Source: Octopus sinensis
Lineage: Eukaryota
DNA length: 64,000 nt
NCBI RefSeq assembly: GCF_006345805.1
Contig: NC_042997.1
Span: 101,680,001 to 101,744,000 of the forward strand
Reading direction: 5' to 3'
A program made the position numbers and the translations under genes. Shown here piece by piece: positions 14,068 to 26,300 of this stretch. Position 1 is the stretch's first letter, and each line of letters begins with the position of its first letter. Under the pieces are notes generated by a model. The model worked only from the letters and a program-made list of their open reading frames with translations, was not told the origin of the DNA and ran no database searches.

Positions 14068-14718
14068 TAGGTGACAGTGCTACATAAAAAGCACTGGTGA
14101 TAGTGTCATGTAAAAAGCACCCAGTACACTTTGTAAAGAGGTTGACAATAGGAAGGGTATCCAGCTGTAGAAACCAAGCAAAAACAGACTATGGAACCTG
14201 ATATAGCTCTTGACATTGTCAGCTCCTGTCAAACTGTCTTACCTATGCCAACATGGAAATCAGATGTTAAATGATGATGATGATGATGACACACCTTTTA
14301 TCACTATCTTTTGTTTGTCTCGGTTATTGGACTGTGGCCATACTGGGGCACCACCTTGAAGGGTTTAGTCAAACAAATCAACCCAAGTACTTATTCTATC
14401 TATATCGTTTGTCAAACCACTAAGTTAACTCAATTGGTTGTCAAGCGGTGGTGAGGAACCAACACAAACACACATGCAAACATACACATACACATATTTG
14501 ATGAGTTTCTTTCAGTTTTTCGTCAACCAAATCCACTGTTGGATTTGATTAGCCCAGAGCTATAGCAGAAGACACATGCCCCAGGTTTCATGCAGAAATA
14601 TTGAACTTGGAATCATGTTGTTGGGGAAGCAAACTTCTTGCCACAAAGCCAAACCTGCACCAATAAAATAAATATAGAAAATAAATAAATAAGCAAACAA
14701 CTAATTACTATCACAGTC

Positions 14719-14724
14719 TTTATT
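14719..14724 (-). terminator. candidate NOM1 polyadenylation signal AATAAA
   Basis: tttatt on + strand, 28 nt downstream of the NOM1 stop, followed on the minus strand by a T-rich tract at ~14660-14700. Confidence 0.5.
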
Positions 14725-14751
14725 GTTGTCGAGTAATCTCAATTAATTGTA

Positions 14752-15027
14752 CTACAATAAAGTAGTAGAATGGGATATTGAAAGCAATTGTACAGCTTCT
14801 TGCAACTGCTTTATAACAGTTGGAGATTTGGCCTTCTTTTTACGACCAATTAAGAAATGCATTATGAACAGACGCAGTCCTTCTCTGAATTTATAAAGAT
14901 TAGTTTGTATGGCAATGCGTTCAAATACCATGTTTATTACATGGCTTGGGTTATTTTCAAATAAGTCCAATAAAACAGCCTTCAAGAAAAAAACTGTTTG
15001 TTTGTCCAATGTACCAAATTCCAAAAC
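14752..15027 (-). CDS. NOM1: NOM1 terminal coding exon: VLEFGTLDKQTVFFLKAVLL...FREGLRLFIMHFL...SHSTTLL*
   Basis: aaattgtag acceptor, 276 nt ending in TAG; EGLRLF motif; matches ORF 14752..15024. Confidence 0.92.
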   Translation of the reverse strand, partial: VLEFGTLDKQTVFFLKAVLLDLFENNPSHVINMVFERIAIQTNLYKFREGLRLFIMHFLIGRKKKAKSPTVIKQLQEAVQLLSISHSTTLL

Positions 15028-15458
15028 CTACAATTTAAAAAACAGAAATTCAATTGAAAAAAAATTTTTTTAGATCAACTGTACACAAACTTTAATTCAA
15101 AACTGACATAAAAATTGCGCATATTTGCAAATACACACACACATGCACTCTCTTAGAATATCTTAAATTTTTGATTTGTCATAACTTTACTATAGTAAAT
15201 AACTTTCATATGTTTATCAAATATCCTGTCCTTTTAAAATAAATTCTATAGATTTTAAAAAGCATTTAATAGACCCATTAAAGATATTTATAGATTTCTT
15301 TCTTTGTCATGATTCAGATATTATAGAAAGTCATACATTATATTGACAACTGAGGACAATAAAAACAGCCTTAACTAAAAAAATTCCAACTGCCATCTCT
15401 AATATTGTATAAAGGCAAATCTCACAAACTTTCTGATATGCAATATGAGAAACAACAA

Positions 15459-15526
<68 letters not shown>

Positions 15527-16197
15527 ACATAGCTACACTAACGAAATAGTTTCTTTCTGTTTTGTTTTTTCTGAGAACTTAATTCATTTAGATTTGATTC
15601 ACAGAAGGAACTGTTTCATTTATACTGTCATCTTGATTTTATTCTAATCATTATTAATTATTTTAATAATATAAAGAAAATATAATGCTTTTGAAGAATT
15701 TTTTCATAAAATCTTTTTAAAAGATGTTAATACTCTGGAGGGAGACGTAAATAACACTTTCTCTTATTCCCTTTCTTATAAGAGAATTAATGCTTATGCA
15801 AAAGGTCATTTACCGATAAGCTTCGTTCCATTATTATTGAATAAATAAGATATACAAAGACAAATAAGAATATACAGGTGCAGGCATGGTTGCACCTGTT
15901 GCTTCTCAACAATGGCGTTTTAGATTATATCCCATGGTACAGCATCTTTGGCAAGTGTCCTCTATAATACAGCACCAACCAAAGCTTTGTGACTATATTT
16001 GGTGAATGAAAGAAACTTGTCAAATCTATGTGTATGTATGAATGGCTGTGTGGTAAGTAGCTTGCTTACCAACCACATGGTTCCAGATTCAGTGCCACTG
16101 TGTGGCACCTTGGGCAAGTGTCATCTACTATAGCCTCAGGCTGACCAAAGCCTTGTGAGTGGATTTGGTAAACAGAAACTGAAAGAAGCCCGTCCTA

Positions 16198-16245
<48 letters not shown>

Positions 16246-18352
16246 CGTGTATATGTTTGTGTCTGTGTTCGTCCCCCCAACATCACTTCACAATTGATGT
16301 TGGTGTGTTTACATCCCCATAACTTAGCGGTTCGACAAAAGAGGCCAATAGAATAAGTCCTGGGGTCGATTTGCTTGACTAAAGGTGGTGCTCCAGCATT
16401 GCTGCAGTCAAATGACTGAAACAAGTAAAAGAGTAAAAGAGTATATATATATATATATGTATATATATATTTGTAAAAAATGAAGTTTGAAAATGCTGCT
16501 ATATTAGACAAATTTTAATTTTTAACATGTTTCGGTTCTTGAAATGATGAACCTTATCAAAAAAAATTATATATAATAAAGAGAGTTCATGCTATATGTT
16601 TAAAGAGTATGATGTAATAGTTCATAATTGTGACATATATTCAATAGAGTCAAATATAAAAAATTCATATATAATAAAGGGAGTCCATGCTATATGTTTA
16701 AAGAGTATGATGTAGTAGTTCATAATTGTGACATACATTCAATAGAGTCAAATATAAAAAATTCATGTTCTTGAAAATGCGAGGAGTTCATTTTAGATTT
16801 TACCTTGTGTTCCAATGGGAGCAACAGTAATGATTTTTGGTTGGTGTCTGTTCGCATAATTTTGGTGAATTTTGTGATTGTTGGGTTTATATCAGCTCAG
16901 CTAAGCTGTGGTCACTTGCACTTTTCACTGACGTCATATAGTTCCAAACCAATCAAAACCCAGTCTCAACGAATATAGTGAAAAGACTCCCAACTGTATC
17001 CTGTTAGGAAACCAACCAAGCGGAACGACAGTTTGGCCACGGAAGAAATATGTCATATTTTTTATGACGAATCGAAATTATATCTGACCCATGACTGTAT
17101 CCTGTTAGGTGGCTAGTCCAGCGGAACGAGACGTCATCAATGTTTTGACCAATCATCCTGTTAAGTTGCTAGTCCAGCAGAACGAGACGTCATCAATGTT
17201 TTGACCAATCAGAATCGGGTCTGACCCATAGCTTGACTACTGAGGTAATACGTCATCAGTTTTTTGACGAATCAGGATTAGATCTGCTCGTAGAGAAAGA
17301 GAGAGATCTTTTTATAAATTTTTCCTTCCCTAAGACATATCTCTGTCAGCGTGAGTGACTGTTTAAGGATCTGAGAAATTGTAATTCGCCCCACCTCCAT
17401 TATTATAATTCTCTCACTGAGAAGGAAAAATTTATAAAAAGATCTCTCTCTTTCTCTACGAGCAGATCTAATCCTGATTCGTCAAAAAACTGATGACGTA
17501 TTACCTCAGTGGTCAAGCTATTGTCACCCTGCTTGGTCGGTTTCCCCACACGATACAGCTATGGGTCAGACCCGATTCTGATTGGTCAAAACATTGATGA
17601 CGTCTCATTCTGCTGGACTAGCCACCTAACAGGATGATTGGTCAAAACATTGATGACGTCTCGTTCTGCTGGACTAGCCACCTAACAGGATACAGTCATG
17701 GGTCAGATATAATTTCGATTCGTCAAAAAAATGATGACGTGTTTCTTCCGTGGCCAAACTGTCGTTCCGCTTGGTTGGTTTCCTAACAGGATACAGTTGG
17801 GAGTCTTTTCACTATATTCGTTGAGACTGGGTTTTGATTGGTTTGGAACTATATGACGTCAGTGAAAAGTGCAAGTGACCACAGCTTAGCTGAGCTGATA
17901 TAAACCCAACAATCACAAAATTCACCAAAATTATGCGAACAGACACCAACCAAAAATCATTACTGTTGCTCCCATTGGAACACAAGGTAAAATCTAAAAT
18001 GAACTCCTCGCATTTTCAAGAACATGAATTTTTTATATTTGACTCTATTGAATGTATGTCACAATTATGAACTACTACATCATACTCTTTAAACATATAG
18101 CATGGACTCCCTTTATTATATATGAATTTTTTATATTTGACTCTATTGAATATATGTCACAATTATGAACTATTACATCATACTCTTTAAACATATAGCA
18201 TGAACTCTCTTTATTATATATAATTTTTTTTGATAAGGTTCGTCATTTCAAGAACCGAAACATGTTAAAAATTAAAATTTGTCTAATATAGCAGCATTTT
18301 CAAACTTCATTTTTTACAAATATATACCCACTCATATACGAGCTAATCTTAT

Positions 18353-18384
<32 letters not shown>

Positions 18385-20312
18385 ACATATATAACTAGAG
18401 CTCTATTGGTTACAGCAACAAAAGTTCCAGTTGATCTGATCAACGGAACAGTCTGCTTGTGAAATTAATGTGCAAGTAGCTGAGCACTCCACAGACATGC
18501 ATACCCTTATTGTAGTTAGTTCTCATGAAGATAAGATTGAATGAGACATAGAATATAGCAAGGCTGGCCCTTTGAATTACAGGAACTACTCATTTTCACC
18601 AGCAGAGTGAACTGGAGCAATGTGAGATGAAGTGAATTATGATTTCACTGGAGCCAAGCTGTATCAGCCTTTGCCATTCCCTTAGATAAAATTGGTGGTA
18701 TGGGGAGGGGAGACTGATGTGCATGGGTGACTTCCAGTCTCCCATAAACCTTGCCTAGACTTGTGCCTTTGAGGAGAACTTTCTAGGTGCACTCCCATGG
18801 TCATTCATGACTGATGGAGGTTTTACCCTTTTTACTATTTATTATGAGGAGGCAGGAAAATGAAAGGGAAGGTTTCATAAATTGAAGTGGGTACAGTGGC
18901 AATTTAATTCTAACTATTGCTTATATAGAGATACAGGTGGGAAGAAAGTTCTGGAAGTGTGAAAATCCTGGCAAAAATTCTTACAGAAAGCACTTATGAA
19001 AATATGCAGTGATGAGAAGAAAAGAGAAAGATATATTTAAATGAATACAGACTACGAAAAAATAAAGTGAAATAAGGAAACAAGTCTCATGTGAAAACAG
19101 TTAAGGCAATGATTACTTATTTATGCGCCCTTTTCAAGCCTAGCCAGGCCCATGGGCCCGGTTTCCCGGTTTCTGTGGCGTATGTGTTCACCCCAGCTGG
19201 ACAGGATGCCAGTCCATCACAGCAATACTCAAGAAACAGGAAGAAAGAGTGAGAGAAAGTTGGGGCAAAAGAGTACAACAGGGGTTGCCATGGAGCTTTA
19301 GGTGTTTTCGCTCAATAAACACACACAATGCCTGGTCTGAGAATTGAAACCGCGATTCTCCGATCGTGAGTCCGCTGCCCTAAACACTGGGCTAAGGCAA
19401 TGATATCCACCTTTAATTAAATAATCATTTAATGAAGTAGTCTAAGGTGGTGAATCAGTCGAGTCATAATAGCATTGATAGAATGCTGTATAGTATATGT
19501 TCCAGCTTTCTGCGCACTGAGTTCAAAACCCACCAAGATCTTTTCAGGGTTGATAAAAAAGTGTCAATTTAAGGTGTTGGATTAAACTGTTAGAGAATTG
19601 GGCAAACTGTTTTGCAATATGTGTCTGAGCTCTTGGGAATCTGACAGCAGCACCTGTGACACTGATTTCAGGCTGTGTCAGCTGAAGTCAACGACTTTTC
19701 CATTGGATAAATGTTGGAGCCATAGAGAGAGGTGTGACTTGTGTGCATGGGCAACTGCCAGTTTTCTTCAAAATATCTTGCCCAGATTTGTGCATGCATG
19801 TGCAGATGTATGAACAGCTTTGACAAACAGCTGCCTCTCTGGAAATGGATGCACTAGGTTGGTATGTCAACCCTATCTGATCAAATATACTTCATAAATC
19901 ACATTTATAATCTGTTATTATTCAATAGTCTTGATTATCTATTACAGAGACATTCATAACATATGAAACAAAATAAATATCAACTTCATGCTTTCCTCTT
20001 ATATCATATATACATGCATCTAAACTTACTTGGAAATGGATGCATCATGTTCAATTAAATACTAACAAATAATATATATGTATATATATATATATATATA
20101 AAGTTAATCCAAACAATAAAGCACAAAAAACACAATAATGCGAGGACGTGGAACAAATATAGTATTATTGGACGCTCAGGAAAGAAGGAAAGAAGGAGGG
20201 TTTAATGTTTCGAGCGGAGCTCTTCGTCGGAAACATAGAAGGAAAGATCCAGAGAAGGGAAGACAGAAGAACAAAATAAATTGCCAATGGTACACACGCG
20301 GTCACATTTTGA

Positions 20313-20380
<68 letters not shown>

Positions 20381-23300
20381 GCATATATGGGTACAGGATG
20401 TCACCAACAGTGCAATCAACATGAAATACGTAAACAAACAAGTTAAATACGTAAACAACAAAATGGAAAACAGGACAAGTAAACACAGAGAAAGTTCTGA
20501 ACCTTTCCAACTTCATATATCTGACATGTGGGTGAGAGAAAAGAAAGATATAAATGGCAAAATGCCAAACTAAATAGAATCTGACAACAAATTAATGATT
20601 TACAATACCAAGTTCAAACTCTCTCAAGTGAGGATGAATGAATCCTCCTATACATAGGAAACAATGGTCTAAATATACATAAAGGGAAATATCAATTTCT
20701 AGAGAAATATCAATTTCTATATTGGCCACAACTTACCTTAAATAAAGCCAAAGACTGAGCTTTGCTTACTATCAAGTGAGAAACCAATTTGGCTAAATTT
20801 GACATCATCATTTCTGTTAAACTGGGCATGTCTTTCAATTTATCCCACAAATTAAATTGAAATGTCATCTACACAAAAAAGTAGCAGCAAATTAAAACAT
20901 AACAGAATTCATTCGATCTAATTTTTAAAATGTTACATTATTACATATAAAATAATATTACATCTATTTTCTCACTGTTTTATGAGTCCCTTGGAAAAGG
21001 AAAAGGCTAGGAGAGTCAGCCTTGACAGCAAATCAAGGAGTGGGGTCCCGCAGGCAGCTCAGAGCCCTCTTTGATACCCTGCTAGCAACTCCAGGGTAGA
21101 TGACCCTCTTGAGCCCTCTAAGCAATTCACCAATCCAATGTAAAAACCTATAGCTTGCTGGTCACTGCAGCCATCTTAGCCCACTGAACCACTGTGGTCA
21201 GACCTCCACTCACTGAGCCACTGGGGTTAGACCTCCCACCTACTGAGCCACTGTGGTCAGCCCCCCACCCACTGAGGTCAGACCTCCCTTACTGAGCCAC
21301 CGTGGCCAGACTTCTACCCACTGAGCCACTGAGGTCAGACTGCCAAGTCTAAAGAGTGAGATCACATTATGCAAACTGATTCACAAACTACCTAGCACAA
21401 GTAGGAGGAAAAGTCCTGAAGTGTCAAGGATTGGTTTACATAGCCACTTCTGCTGCTTTTCCGCATGATCTGCAGACACAAAGAAACTGCTGTTATTATA
21501 TCTACTTTAACCATTTCCCATTTAGACCAAAGATATCTGACTCAAATAGTCTGTCTGTTTTCTATTCAAACTAGCCATGTCAAACTCCCCAAAGGTACCC
21601 TACAATGTCATTGTAAAATTAAACAATCACATCACTGAAATCTCAAAGCTACAAGATAATGCATGGTTAATGCAAAACAATGTGTCTTTATGTCTTCATA
21701 AAAACTATATATTTGAATATCTTCATGAAATTTTACAGAAAAATTCATTCTTATTAAAAGCTGTTATTCTGGTTTTTGAGATAACAATGTATTTATATTA
21801 ACTTTGCAGTCTAAGCATCGAGGCTGATGACAACAGTAAGCTAAAACGAGAAATGAATATGGAAATATATGTTTAAACAGTCCTATTAAATAGTACTAAA
21901 GCTCCAATTGCTACAGACATAAAATTTATAGACAGATGTCATAAACTGAATTTTCAAACAGACAGGAATTTATTTATCAATTAAGATAGAACATAAGATA
22001 GTTACAAAAATTAGGCACGTAGTTCAAAGATTACAATCAAATTTACATTAGTTTTACAGACTAAGGTTTCGAGTTAATGATGACTGCTTGCTAAAATTAT
22101 AAAAATTTTCAAATATTTCTTTCAATGGAAAGCATGTGTTGAAACAGTCCTTTCAAAATTGTACCTAAGGCCCCAGATCCATAGAAATGAATCATCATCA
22201 TTATTGTCATCATCGTTTTATGTCTGCTTTTCATGCTAGCATGGGTTGGATGAGTCAGAAGACATCTCAGTGAGATGTTTAATGTTTTCGGCTTGATTTC
22301 TAAGGCAAGATGCCTTTCAAAACACCACCACTCTACAGAGTGTACTGGGTGCATTTTATCATGACAATAAAATTCATACTCAGAAATATTCAAATTTTTT
22401 TTTTTTCTCTAGTTTCAGCTCAAAGCTGCGGCCATGCTGATGCACTGCCGTTTTGGTGAAAGCGTACAGCAGGGATCGCCACCCCCTGCCGGAGCATCGT
22501 GGAGCTTTTTAGGTGTTTTCACTCTATAAACACTCACAATGCCCGGCCTGGGAATCGAAACCGCGATCCTACGACTCCACTGCCCTAACCACTGGGCCAT
22601 TGCGCCTCCACACATTTCTATTCATTAAATTTAAGATATTGAATAAATATTTTAAAGCATTTAATTCATATTTAATAAACAATTCAAAACACAGGGAAAA
22701 TATCATGCATTGTTTTTATTAGTATACAATAATAAAATTAATTGTCTGAGAAAAAGAGAGTATAGCTATGTCAATAACGTCAATAAATTATAGATGAAAA
22801 GATAAATTACCTGAAAACGTCTGTGGAATTCACAGAACTTCTGAAGAAGGTGTGCATAGTAAGGATTGTACTCTTTTTCTTGAATGCAACAGTCAACAAT
22901 AACATGAATTATATCCCTTTCTTGTACTGGTTTTAGTTTGAGTTTAAGAAGTCTTTCAAAGGCATCAACAAAATCCTGAAGTCAAATAAACTGAATGGTT
23001 GAGCTTGCTGGATAATTAAGAACACAGCATGCAACAATTTTAATGCAACTAAAAGTTATGCTAATGAATAAAACATTGGTGTAATATCTTTCTCGTCTAG
23101 ATTCAGTATTACAAACAGTAGCAGAAGGACTTCCAGACCAACATTTCCAACTAAGTAATTGTCATCTCATTTTTATGATCTGAAGCCATTATTTTCTACA
23201 GGTTCTTTCTTATTTCTTTACTGTCCACAAGGGGCTACACACAGAGGGGACAAACAAGGACAGACAAACGGATTAAGTCAATTATATCAACCCCAGTGTG

Positions 23301-26300
23301 TAATTGGTACTTTTTTAATCGATGCCGAAAGGATGAAAGGCAAAGTCAACCTTGGCGGGATTTGAGCTCAGAATTTAGCGGCAGACAAAATACCGCAAAG
23401 CATTTCACCCGGTGTGCTAACGTTTCTGCCAGCTCACCGCCTTCTACAGGTTCTTTCTGTCCTAGGTGTTCTTTTTATAACCAACATACATTATCGTGAT
23501 ATGTAAAGAATATTAGAATCTGCAAAGAGAATTACTTATGTCACAATTATGTTTTATCTTTAAAGTGTGTTGTTAACATTTTTACTTTTACACTAGGTTT
23601 CGATTTGTCCAATTTTTGATTTTCATTATCAAGTGTTTTAGACAGTTTCTTCCTCAAATTTGTCATTATCAACCTCAATCTCATCAATTTCAACCCCAAA
23701 TTCATCACCATCAGCCTCAATTTCATTATCTTCTATCTTGATCATACTGACATTTACGTTGACTTCATTTGTCATTAACTTAAATGTTGTCATTGTAAGA
23801 TGGAGTGATTTTTTTTCAGGAACAGACATTGGCATCAGTGATTACTTGTCACAAAATTGTAAAAGAATCCTCCTCCTCTTCATCATCATTTAACATCTGC
23901 TCTCCATGCTGGTATAACGGTGAGTTTCCACTTTTATAAGGGTGTTTTATCTAGTTTATAACGGGCTGAGATTATCTTATTTATATGGTTTCAACTTGGA
24001 ATAGTTAATAAATATATTTTATTTCTTGCATAGGAATCTATGGTGATAAACCCATCACTTAAAACTTAATTATAAGTATTACCACTATACATAAATCTTA
24101 ACTCAGGCTGCATAAACGCTGTGATGAATTATATACACCAAGATGCTGAAATGTACATGCATGTTTAAGATAAATAAGTTTGTGTTCTTTTTCACTGCTA
24201 TAATAACAGTTTCATAGTTGCAGAAATAAATTTCATTAACAGGTTGAAGTAAATAAAGAATGAGAAACTATTTACTAAATTAGTTTATTTACTTTCACTT
24301 AATATTTACAGTACATTTATAAGTCAAAAGAAAACTGTTGTAGAGGATTACGACATGAAATTCATATTAACTAATCTTCCATACTAAGCTACTAGAATTT
24401 TACACAACAATTCAAAAAAGTCTTGTTGGAATTAGATATAGACATGACATAAAAATAGCCAATATCTCAAAGGAGTGAGTGTCATGGAAATGAGTGACAA
24501 CCAACGAACACTGGTGTGAGTGTTGTGGAGTCTAGTGACAACCAACAATCACTAATTAATCTCTCAAAAATCAGAGTTTTTAGAACTGCTCATGCCTGAA
24601 TTCTAAGAACCGTATTTCGTGAAAGATTTCTCTTTGACAAAATTTTAGAATTCAAATATGGGCAGTAATTTTAACCAATGGGAAACTAACAATTATACTT
24701 GTTCAGGCAAACATGACCATTATGTAATATTACTGCCATTTATGACTTGTGTCACTACACTGGCATGGGTTGGATGGTTTGACAAGAGTTGGACAGCTGG
24801 GGAACTGTCCGGACTCCGTTTGTCTGTTTTGGCATGGTTTCTACAGTTAGATACCCTTCCTAATGCCAATATTAAAAAGTTTGTAAAATAAAAATTGTCA
24901 CACCTTACACTGTCATGTATATAAATACATTTAGTACATTATATGTATGTAGTGATACATACTGCACTTTATTGCATACACAACACAACAAAGGCGAAAA
25001 TAAATAAATAACAAGTTCAACCTTTATTTTAATATTCCCATTTCTTTAACTCTCTTGAATTCAGCACAATTAATGTCTTTGAGTTGGAATTATAAGAAGG
25101 ACATCCACCCACAGAAGCCCTGCAAAAATGACATTGGAGCTCAATGCAGCCCTGTAGCTCTCTGTCAAACCATCGTACTTACATCAGCATAGAAAGCGAA
25201 CATTAGATGATAATGGTAATGATGATGAATCAAAGTCAGCCTGGTGTCAATCAATATGTCAATTCGTGCATGTAAATATGTCTATTGATTGACACCAGGC
25301 TAACTTTGATTACCTAAGATGATTGTGCAAGTTTTTTTAGGAATATATTAAGAGAGTTAAGAAATGGGAATACTGAATAAAAGGTTAAACTGATGTTATT
25401 TATTTTTGCCTTTGTTGTGTTGCGTATTTAATAAAGTGCAGTACGTAGCATTATGTACATATAAAGTACTGAATGTATTTATATACATGACAATTGGAGG
25501 TGTGACAATTTTTATAACACAAACTTTTTAATATTGGCATTAGGAAGGGCATCTAGCTGTAGAAACCATGCCAAAACAGACAAATGGAGTCCAGGCAGCT
25601 CCCCAGCTGTCCAACTTCTGTCAAACCGTCCAATGGAGAGCAGATGTTAAATTATGATAATTGATGATAATAATGATGATGACAATGATGATTCTTTTAC
25701 AATTTTATGACAAGTAATCACTGATGTCAATGTCTGTTCTTGAAAAAAAGAAATCACTTCATCTTACCACAACAACATTTAAGTTGATAATGATAAACGT
25801 GGGACACATGACAATGTAATCAAAGCTGAAGATGACGAAACTGAGGTTGACATTGATGAATTTGAAGTTGATGTGAGAGTTGACAATAGGAAGGACATCC
25901 AGCCATAAAAGAAATCTACCTCAATGAATTCTGTATGACCCATGCAAGCATGGAAATTGAGCATTAAGGTGGCAGCAATCCTGATACATGGTGTCAATAA
26001 GCAGGAGAAAAAATACTTTATTTTGGCTGATCCAATTACCTGTTATACTAGAGTTATGGAGTGGAATTTGGAGGAAAGAAACTGTACAAAAGTCTATTAT
26101 ATCTATTCACTAACATGTATGTATCATCATCGTTGTAACATCTGCTTTTCCAAGTGCATATAGGCCAGACAAAATTTTTATCACCAACCCTCAAAGGACA
26201 AAATAAACTGGATCCATTTAATTCTATCCAATTAAGAAAATACATATATGTATATGCGCATAAATATGTAAGACGATTTTTATGTTTATACTGTTGTTGT

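Noticed and set aside
16929-17290. Repeat-spacer pattern as a CRISPR-like array
   Set aside because: Units are degenerate, spacers are related to each other, there are no cas genes, and the context is a eukaryotic intron.
16464-18326. Palindrome as a pure assembly or chimeric-read artefact
   Set aside because: Arms differ by several substitutions (some CpG-type) and a microhomology-bounded 41-bp indel, with a unique 92-bp spacer. An artefact is unlikely, though read-level confirmation is still needed.
22540-22610. tRNA-like sequences (also ~19340-19392, ~27960-28030, ~30340-30434)
   Set aside because: These are SINE heads attached to SINE bodies, some with TSDs; no complete cloverleaf.
23638-23835. 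Acidic ORF (…EIEADGDEFGVEIDEIEVD…) as an extra NOM1 exon
   Set aside because: Flanking NOM1 exons already join in frame through the conserved SE|DF motif; the ORF is low-complexity and part of the fold-back arm.
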